This document shows positions 52,988 to 64,000 of a stretch of 64,000 nt of DNA, one piece after another. Below the pieces are notes generated by a model. It had not been told where the DNA came from and made no database searches. It saw only the letters and a program-made list of their open reading frames with translations. This stretch comes from the human T2T-CHM13v2.0 reference genome, Homo sapiens, in the NCBI RefSeq assembly GCF_009914755.1, contig NC_060947.1. The stretch is one strand, 5' to 3'. The number at the start of each line of letters is the position of its first letter. The first letter of the stretch is position 1. A program made the position numbers and the translations under genes.

Positions 52988-55390
52988 AGAGAATGGAGCA
53001 ATATGGCCCAATAGAAGGTTCCACCAATCATACCTCCTGCAGGAATGCCAGTAGTAACAACTGCCTACCCACAAAGAAAGCCATTTTATAAGAAGCAAAA
53101 ATCAGGTGAGAATTCACAGTACCTTGTTTTAACTTTATACCACAGAAAGAGGCACTGAACAGGGTAGGAAAGACAGTCTTGAGTTGCCAACAGAACTTCG
53201 CACCCCAGCAACAGGTGCATGGCACAGAGAGAGAAGCTCTGCACTTGGGAGAGGGAAAAATGCAACGATTGCAAGGATTTGCATTTACTCAATCCTGCAC
53301 TGTCATAGCAGAAAGCAAAATCGGATGAATTCAGCTGATGCCCCCCAATGGAGGGAGCATATAGACAAGCCCGAGATAGGGGGGAATCACACATCCCAGT
53401 GGCCAGAATTGAGTTCCAGCAGGCCTCACCACTGCAGACTAAAGTGCACTGAGGTCTTACATAAACTTGAAAGGCAATCTAGGCCACAAAAACTAGAACT
53501 CCTAGGTAAATCCCAGTGCTGAGCTGGGATGAGAACCAGTGGACTTGGGGAACATATGACATAATGAGACAGCATCTAGGACAGCTAAGGTAGTGCTAGC
53601 AGCAGCGGCTCATGGCTCCAAAAGAGACTCTTTCCTTCTGCTTGAGGAGAAGAGAGGGAAGAGTAAAAATGACTTCGTCTTGCATCTTGGTTACCAACTC
53701 AACCACAGTAGGATAGGACACTGGTCAGAGTGGCAAGGCACCCATTCCAGGCCCCACCTCAAAAATGACATATCTACACACACCATGGGCCAGAAGGGAA
53801 TGTGCTACCATGAAAGGAAGGACCCAGTCCTGGTAAGACCCATCACGTGCTGACTAAATATCCCGTGGGCCCTGAGTAATCAGCAGCAATCCCCACTTAA
53901 TATGCCATAGGTCTTGGGTGAGATACTGAGATGTTCTGGCTTCAGGTGCGACCTAGCACATTCCCAGCTGTGGTGGCAACAGTAACAGAGTACTTCTGCT
54001 CGAGAAAACCAGAAGAAAAATAAGGGGACATTGTCTTGCACCTTATATACAAGCTTAGATGCAGGATGTTAGGGAATCAAGTAGACGCTTGGGAGTCCTG
54101 ATTCCAGGTTTTGGCTCTAGAACAGCTTTTATGGACCTTCACTGGGCCAGAGGGGAGCACACTTCTCTGAAAGGTGAGTCCTAGGACTGGCAGCATTCAC
54201 CACAAGATCACTGAAGGGCCTTGGGCCTAAAGTCAACATTAGCAATAGCCTGGCTGTACTCCCCATAGGCCTCTGGTGATGGTGGCCATGGGATTAGGCA
54301 CTTCTTCCTGTGGAAAGGGGAGGGAGGAGTGAGAAAGAATGCAATTTATGGTTTGAGTGCCAGCTCAGCCACAGTAAAATAGAACAGTAGATGGATTTCT
54401 CAGGTTTTTTATTCCAGACCTGGGCTCCCAGATGGCATCTCTGGACTCACGTGGGGTCTGGGGGAGCTTGCTTTCCTGAAGGGAAGCTCATAAGCCTGGC
54501 TGGATTCACCCCATGCTAATTATAGAGTCCCAGGGCCTTGAGGTAACATAGGGTGTAGCCAGGGAATGGTTACAGCAGGCCATGGATGAGACCCAGCGCT
54601 GTACTGGCTTCAGGTCTGACCCAGAGCATTTTCAGTGGTGATAGCCACAGGGGTGCTTGTGTCACAACATCCTCAGCCCCAGGTGATTCAGCATAGAGAT
54701 ACTTCGTATGTTTGGGTGAAAGGAAGGGAAGAGGACAAGAGCCTCTGCCTGGAAATCCAAACAATTCTTCCACATCTTACCCAAGACCACCAAGAAGTAC
54801 CTCTATGAGTCTGCAAGAACCACAGCATTACAGGACTTGGAGTGCCACTTAATGCAGATATGCCTTAGAGCACAACACCCATGTCCTTTCAAATAACTGA
54901 AAAGCCTTCTGAAGAAGGATGAATACAAATAAGCTGAGGCTGCAAAGTCTACTATAAATAACTATTTAATGCCCAGACCCTAACTAACATCCACAAGCAT
55001 CAAGAACATGCAGGAAAACATGACCTCACCAAATGAAGTAAATAATGTACCAGGAACCAGTCCTGGAAAAACAGAGATAAGTGACCTTTTAGTCAAAGAA
55101 TGCTAAATATTCAATATTTTGTATTGAAATATTGAATATTTCAAATATCTCAAATATTTGAGCTGCCACTCAAACCAAAAAACAGCTATTTGGAGGAAAC
55201 TCAAAAACATTCAAAGATAACACAGACAAATAATTCAGAATTCTATCACATAAATTTAACAAATAGATTAAATAATTATTAAAAATCAAGCAGAAATTCT
55301 GGGGTTAAAATGCAATTGAGATACTGAAGAACGCATCAGAGTCTTCTAATATCAGCATTGATCAAGCAGAAGAAAGAATTAGTGAGCTTT
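52988..55390 (+). mobile_element. L1MA-type 5' UTR plus ORF1 start, 3'-truncated
   Basis: Collinear with 10590-13660 but lacking the MSTA and AluY insertions. Confidence 0.93.
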
Positions 55391-55639
55391 ATGGTCAGTT
55401 TTCATAAATGATTTATGTATGCTAAATAAGAAAGTGTATTTTAAATGATCAGTTTCAGGGTTCTATGTATTCTACTATGTGTGTATATAATTTTGATCAT
55501 CAATATTTTGCATTTTTCTATAATAATCAAAGATGACATAATGAAAATGGCCATATGATTTAGAATTATTCTATTTGTAAGTGACAGGGAAGCAACTTAA
55601 AACAGCTTATGCAATAAACCATAACAATAACAAACAGAA

Positions 55640-56087
55640 AAAAATATCAAAAACATAATGGCTTAAAACAATGCAAATTCATTATCTTGCAGTTTCAGAA
55701 GTCAAAAGTCAAAAATAAGTCTTATAGAGCTAAAATCAGTGTCAGCAGGGGTGGTTTCTTCTGGAGGCTCCAAAGGAGAATAATTTTCTTATCTCTTTAG
55801 GCTTCCAGAGGCCTTGACATTCCTTGCCTCTTAGCCACATCAGTGTAATTTCTGCCTCCATTTTCACATTGCCTTCTACCCACTCTGATATCTTGCCTCT
55901 CTTTTAGAAAGATCCTTGTGATACATCATTGGATATACCTAATAAATCAAGAATAAACTTCCCATGGCAATATACTTCATTTAACCACATTTATAAAGTC
56001 TCTTTTGCCATTCAAGGTAACATACTCACAAATTCAGGGGGTTTGGATGTGGACATCCTTGGGAGAGACGGTCTTCAGTCTACCACA
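55640..56087 (-). mobile_element. MLT1D-like LTR
   Basis: 'ggcttaaaacaatgcaaattcattatcttgcagtt...aagtctcttttgccattcaaggtaacatactcaca...ttcagtctaccaca'. Confidence 0.85.
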
Positions 56088-56109
56088 GAAGCAAAGAGCT
56101 CTAAAAGCA

Positions 56110-57190
<1,081 letters not shown>

Positions 57191-57324
57191 GGAAGACAGA
57201 CTTCCATATGTGGTTGCACAGGTTGTGCCTGGCACGTTTATCCCAACAAAGAAACAAAAGGCAACAAATATCCAATCCTTGCTAAACTCAGAAAAAGAAG
57301 TCCTAATGAAAGGAGTTAGTTTTC

Positions 57325-57623
<299 letters not shown>

Positions 57624-58959
57624 AGAGGCACAGTATAAACTAAAGGCAACCTAATTGGAGGTATGAGGGGGAAAAGGATTTAAAGCAGCTAAAGAGATTA
57701 AAGGTGAGTTAATAGTGAGTATACATTACTTTCACATGAGATAGGTCAACATCATTATCTTTTCCCACCAGGCCAAGTTTAGCTACACTTTTGCATATAA
57801 AGAGTAGGTGGAATATGTATGTAACCAGTACTGGCGTTTTGCCAGGTGAGTGCAATGACATAAAAGAGTGACAAAGGAGATTAACGTGTATACAGAGGAA
57901 CCTCTATTTTTTCAGCAGTATTACTTATCTAATCATTTTTTAAATTCATAATTAAATTAAGAAAATGTATCTTTACTCCATAACATTACCCTCTTCTTAT
58001 ATAACAAAAGGAATTTATATTAGTTAAACCCAATTATCCTCTCCCATATACTCAATCTATAGTCAATATTTTAGTTTTTACACGTTTTATTTTTAAATTC
58101 TCAATTCAACATTATTGTCATTATTTCATTTATTAAATGTTTGTTTACACTGTATACATACTTTGTTACTCACAATTATTTTGTAATTCTAGTTCTTACT
58201 TATGTTTTTACATCCTGTAGAAATTCCTTTAGTTTATTTCAATCCTTATTTTCTATAATTTTACTTAAATTGGTCCAAATATGTGTTTCCAAAAAGTTTT
58301 CCTGCATAGGATGTATTGGATGACTGAATCTGAAGATTAATGTCTTCATCAATTTTGGAAAATTTTAAGACTCTCTCTGTAAATAATATCTCTTCATTAT
58401 TTTCTCCCTAACGTTCTTCTGGAACTTATATACTTTTATCATTCTATAACCAATTATAAGATTTTTATCATTCTATTCTTCATCTTCTCTTTTTTGTTGC
58501 CGACGTATAGTGCCTTCCGTCTAACTTTTCCATAGAAATTTTAATTTTATTAGGTAATGCCCAATTTTATTTTCCAAACAATTTAGACCAATTAAACTCC
58601 CATAAGCAACATAAGAGAATACACTTTCCTCATATATTTAGTAACACTTAGTATTGTATGATGTGCATTTTAAAATTTTACCAATTTGTTGTATGTAAAA
58701 TTATATGTCATTATAGTCATAATTCTGACTTTTTTATTATTAATACAGTTTAGATATTTTACATTTATTAGTACTTATGCTTATTCACCTGTGAAATATC
58801 TGTTTATGTTTCTGGCCCCTTTCCTCCTCAATGATTTGTATTTTTCTTACAGAGGCATAGGAGTTTTTCTGGAGATTGTTACTTTGTTGAAAATATGCAT
58901 TGCGTATAGTTCTCCTGGCTAATGGCTTGTATTTTTAAATTCTTCAAAAGGGTAAAACA

Positions 58960-60090
58960 TACCGAGAAAGTGCAAAAACTATAATTATACACATTAATGC
59001 ATTATCATAGCCAAACACCCAGTAACCACTTGAAATCTCATGAGGAGATACTCTGTTCCTACTGGGGAAAAGTAGCTCATCAGAAGCCATTTTCAAATGG
59101 TTTATAATGTATACTTCTGTGCATTGTCTTATCTGGAATCCTAGGGGTCTATGTTGTGATGATCCTTTTGGGATTCTTTGTAAATTGCACAATGTGCCTT
59201 TTCCCATGAAGACTGACTAATACCATAGAGTTCACTAATTCATATGGGCCAACTAGCAGGGTCCCTTAAACTGCAGCCTGAACTTGTTACAGAATGCTTT
59301 CTTTCTGTGGACCTCACTTAAAGCTGACTGCCGTTTGTGTAGTGCAATATATTGATCGGTTGGAGCATTATCTCCAAGTGAGCAATATACTAGTTTCAGA
59401 CTCTAAAAAGGCCTATCTGGCCTTATGCTTCCTTTTTAGTTGGAGTTACATGAGCTAAAAATGTGTTGTCTAATTTAGAGAGGATGTCCAGCATGTTACA
59501 GACCCCTAGACTGCCCAAGATTCTAGGGATTAGGCAAGTCCCTGGTTTGTTTTAAGGTTTATCTGCCACCTTCTTGAACACATGTACTATAAAAAGGCCT
59601 CCAACATACCAGTCATCTCTTGTTTATACAACCTAATTAATGATGACATCAACATACTGGATCAATGTCCTATTGTCTACTGTATACAGAGGACTATGAT
59701 CCCTTTAGACTAATTACAGAGGATGAAAGGAGTCACATAAATTTATACTCTTGCCCATTCGAAGTGAATCAGAACTGCTTCTTATGGCCCTTTATGATAA
59801 GGATAGAATAGAACACATTTAGCAGACATATGGCTGTAAACCACATAGTTCAGCCCATGTTAATTTGCTTTAGCAAAGATGCCACACCTAGAATAGGTGC
59901 AATTGGAATTCACTTGTTTGAGATTGAAGTAGTCCAGTATCATTCTATAAGATTAGTTTAGCTACTATATGGGTTTGCATAGTGAATTAAATGCATACCA
60001 CCATCCCAGCATCCTTTAGGCCATTAGAGGTAGCAATCATCTCTGTCATTTTTCCAGATCAGAGGTACTGTTTCTTCTGACTGATTGACT
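58960..60090 (-). pseudogene. ERVL (class III) pol fossil: RT plus RNase H connection
   Basis: Minus strand gives WFTAICLLNVFYSILIIKGHKKQF*FTSNGQEY (cf. ERVL WYAAIDLANAFFSIP...), TLIQYVDVI at the YxDD position (59645-59656), and SQHRPLGF. Confidence 0.85.
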
Positions 60091-60097
60091 TACTAGG

Positions 60098-60365
60098 TGT
60101 GGAGGTAAAAATAAATGTGCCTGACAGGCCTCTAGCTACAGGGAGCACAGTTGACCAAGGACGTCAGCTGCTATACTCTGAGTCAATCAGCATATTTGTA
60201 CCAAGGCCACACTTCCCACAGATTGCTGCCTGGCAAATGACTGAGTATAGTCGAGGTACTAATGCAGGCCTGTTCCAGATACACAATAGGCTACTTTGCA
60301 GGTCAACTTTGGCTTCAGGACTTCCAAACAGTTTTGCTGAAACTTCCTTAGACTGCATAGCTAAA
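60098..60365 (+). mobile_element. LTR16-like ERVL LTR, 3'-truncated
   Basis: 'tcagctgctatactctga...aggccacacttcccacag...aatgactgag...aactttggcttcaggact'. Confidence 0.75.
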
Positions 60366-60639
60366 GAAAACAATTTTGCCAGCAATCCCAAATTAAAAAG
60401 ATGTCTTATATTATCATACAGAATTGTAATATTGACTTTCAAATTTGAGTCTTTGATTCTTCTATAATTGTCTGTCTCTCTCTCCCTCCCCCTCACTTTC
60501 TCCCCTCCTCTCTTTGTGTACGCTATCACATACACATTTTTATTCATTATTTTTCATAAGGTTAACTATTTACCCAGACATCATTGATCTGCATTTCTGC
60601 ACTCTCAGATTTCCAAATATGACTGCATTATTTCTAGAC

Positions 60640-61172
60640 TCAATTTACTATCATATTAATTTATCTGGGAATCATTACCACACTATCTTAATTGTAATTA
60701 TTCTCAATAACTTATATCAAGTTCCCCTGCTTCGTTCTATTCCTTTCTATTTCTGGACTGCGCTGAAAATTCTTGGCCCTTGAATCTTACATATAATGTT
60801 AGAATAAGGTAGTTGTGCTTTACAACTTAGTTGGAACTGTGATTGAAATTTATTGAATCTGCAGATAATTTTATGATGAAATGTCATCTTTATGATTTAA
60901 AATGTTTCTATCAATGAACATGGTGGGTCTCTCCATTTCTTTCGGTCTTCTTAAACAATTTTCCAAAAAAGTATTTTTTTTTTAAATAAAGGTCTTGAAC
61001 ATACAATTATTTTGAGAAAACATATTCTTTACTACTATTTGTAAATATTATGTTTGTTTCTAAATTTATCTTCACTGGTGCTACCACTAGAAATGCAATT
61101 GCATATGGTAAATTTACTTTATATCCAATAAATCATCTCAATTCTAACACTTTTATAACTACTTTAGGTTTT
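60640..61172 (-). mobile_element. Old L1 ORF2 relic
   Basis: 'gattgaaatttattgaatctgcagataatt...tcaatgaacatgg...ctccattt...ggtcttctt'. Confidence 0.65.
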
Positions 61173-64000
61173 CTCTTTATTTAATGTCAACTTTTGTGTT
61201 AGATATCGGGAGTGCAAGTGCAGGATTGTTACATGAATATATTGTACCCATATGATTAGCATAGTACCCAATAGGTAGTTTTTCAACTCACGCCCCCCTT
61301 CCTCCCTGCTCTAAGAGTCTGCAGTGTCTATTTTTCCCATGTTTATGTCCATGTGTTCTGAATGTTTAGTTCCCACCTATTAGTGAGAACATGTTGCATT
61401 TGGCTTTCTATTCTTTTGTTAGTTTGCTTGAGATTATGGCCTCCAGCTGCATACATGTTGCTGCAAAGGACATGATTTCATTATTTTATGGCTGGATACT
61501 ATTCCATGATGTATAGGTACTACATTTTCTTTATCCAATCCACCATTGATGAACACCTAGGTAGATTCCATATCTTTGCTATCGTGAATAGTGTGGCAAT
61601 TATCATACAAGTGCATGTGTCTTTTTGGTATAATGATCTACTTTCCTTTGGGTATAAAACCACTAACGGGATGACTGAGTCCAATGGTAGCTCTGTTTTC
61701 ATTTCTTTGAGAAATCTCCAAACTGCTTTCCACAATAGTTAAACTAATTTACATTTTCATCAACGGTGTGCAAGTGATCCTTTTTCTCCACAGCCTCACC
61801 AGCATCAGTTGTTTTTTGACTTTTTAATAATACTCATTTTGACTGGTGTGAGAAAGTATCTCATTGTGGTTTTCATTTGCATTTCTCAAATGATTAGTGA
61901 TGTTGAGCATTTTTTAATGTGTATTGGCACCCTGTATGTCTTCTTCTGAGAAGTGTCTGTTTATGTCTTTTGCCCTCTTTTTAATGAGTTTATTTGTTTT
62001 TTGCTTGTTGAGTTAAATTCTTTATAGATTCTGGATATCAGACATTGTTAGATGCATAGTTTGTGACTGTTTCCCCCATTCTGTAGGTTTTCTGTTTACT
62101 CTATCAATAGTTTCTTTTGCTGTGCAGAAGCTTTTAGTTTAATTTCGTCTCACATGTCAATATTTGTTTTTGTTGCAATTGCTTTTGGGGACTTGGCCAT
62201 AATTCTCCGCCAAGGTCAATATCAAGAAGCATATTTCCTAGTTTTTCTTGTAGAAGTTTTACAGTTTGAGGTCTTATATTTCAATTTTAATCCATCTTGA
62301 GTTAATTTTTTTATGTGTTGAAAAGTGAAGGTCCAGTTTTAATCTTCTGCATATGGCTAGCCAGTTATCTCAGCACTATTTATTGAATATTGGGTCTTTT
62401 TTCCATTGCCAGTTTTTGTCAGTCTTGTAGAATATCAGATAGTTGTAAGTGTGCAGCTTTATATATGAGTTTTCTATTTTGTTCCATTGGCCTATGTGTC
62501 TGTTTATGTATCAGTACCATGCTGTCTTGGTTTTACGATATAGTTTAAAGTCAGGTAGTGTGATAACTCCAGCTTTATTTTTCTTTTTTGCTTAGGATTT
62601 CTTTGGGTATTTGGGCTCTTATTTGGTTGCATATACATTTTAGAATAGGTTTACCAATTATATGACGAACAATATTGTTAGTTTTATAGGAAGAGCATTA
62701 AATCTGTAGATTGCTTTGGTCTGTATGGCCATGTTAACAATATTGATTCTTCCTATTCACAAGCATGGAATGCTTTTCCATTCACTTATGTCATCTCCAG
62801 TGTTTTTCAGCAATGTTTTGTTGTTCTCCTTGTAGAGGTCTTTCACCTCCTTGGTTAGCTGTATTCCTAGGAATTACATTTTCTTTGTGGATATTGTAAA
62901 TGAGATTGGGTCCTTGATTTGGCTTTCAGCCTTGAAATTATTAGTATGTAGAAATGCTACTGATTTTTGTACATTGATTTTGTATCCTGAAACCTCACTA
63001 AAATAATTCATCAGTTTCAGGAGCTTTTTGCCAGAGTCTTTAGGGTTTTCTAAGTATAGAATCAAATCATCAGTTAAGAGAGAAAGCTTGACTTCTTCTT
63101 TTTATATTTGGATGCCTTTTTATCTCCTTCTCTTGATTGATTGCTCAGGCTAGGACTTCCAGTTGTTGAATAGGACTGGTGAGAGTGGGCATCCTTTCCT
63201 TGTTTCAGTTTTCAAGGGGAATGTTTTCAGCTTTTGTCCATTCAATATGGTGTCGGCTGTGGGTCTGTCATAGATTGCTCTTATTTTTTTGAGGTATGTT
63301 CCTTTGATACCTAGTTTGTTGATGGTTTTATCATGAAGGGATATTGGATTTTATCAAAAACTTTTTTGCACCTATTGATATGATCATATCATATTTTGCT
63401 TTTAATTCTGTTTATGTGGTGAATCACATTTATTGATTTGCATATGTTGAACCAGCCTTGCATCCTAGAAATAAAACCTACTCAATCATGGTGCATTAAC
63501 TCTTTGATGTGCTGCTGGACTCAGTTTACTGAATTTTGTTGAGGATTTTTGCATCTATGTTCATCAGGGTTATTGGTCTGAAAGTATTTTGTTGTTGCAT
63601 TTCTACCAGATTTTGATATTAGGTTGATGCTGGCTTTGTGGAATTAGTAAGGGAGGAGCTCCACCTCCTTAATATTTTTTAATAGTTTTAGTAGAATTTC
63701 TACCTGTTCTTCTTTGTATGTTCAGTAGAATCCAGCTGTGAATCAATCTGGTCCAGGACTTTTTTGGTTGGTAGGTTTTTTATTACTGATTCTACTTCAG
63801 AGCTTGATATTGGTCTATCATGGTTTCAATCTCTTCCTGATTAAATCTTTGGAGAGTGTGTGTTTTCAGGAATTTATCCATTTACTCCAGATTTTCTACT
63901 TTGTATGCATAGAGTTTTTCATAGTACTCTCTGAAGATTTTTTGTAATGTCATTATCAGTTATAATATCATCTTTGTCATTTCTGATTGCACTTATTTAG
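61173..64000 (-). mobile_element. L1PA15-17-like LINE, 3' ~2.8 kb, running to the window edge
   Basis: Primate L1 3' UTR; minus ORFs 62874-63065 ([10 protein letters not shown]...[10 protein letters not shown]) and 61520-61735; RT motif decayed to LTDD. Confidence 0.93.

Noticed and set aside
26672-55390. Large inversion splitting one L1MA into a minus 3' part (26.7-28.7 kb) and a plus 5' part (53.0-55.4 kb)
   Set aside because: Flanks give no matching TSD, and the 5' piece has the same old antisense L1 on both sides. Independent insertions plus deletions explain this more simply.

Overview
AT-rich, CpG-poor primate (most likely human) genomic DNA made almost entirely of decayed transposable elements. 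I found no credible host protein-coding exon, RNA gene, CpG island or CRISPR-like system. The recognisable ORFs in the track are broken L1 ORF1/ORF2, MaLR-internal, ERVL pol, Tigger or Alu translations; the rest look like chance ORFs. Main content: many L1s of different ages, including a near full-length L1MA2/3-like copy at ~10.6-18.4 kb; four two-LTR MaLR proviruses (MLT1, MST, THE1C, THE1A/B); solo or partial LTRs (MSTA, MLT1, MER4, LTR16); an ERVL pol fossil; a near full-length Tigger1 and a MER47A; five full Alus and two monomers; MIR/L2 relics; and microsatellites. The most interesting features are structural: a nested MLT1>MST>L1>(MSTA, AluY) stack, an MST provirus with discordant LTRs, a snap-back inverted-repeat insertion inside an L1, intact DUX4-type motifs in THE1 LTRs, and a cryptic ~58-bp tandem array. 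Subfamily names come from my recall of consensus sequences, not a RepeatMasker/Dfam run, and boundaries of old elements are approximate. I see no evidence of a new biological system.
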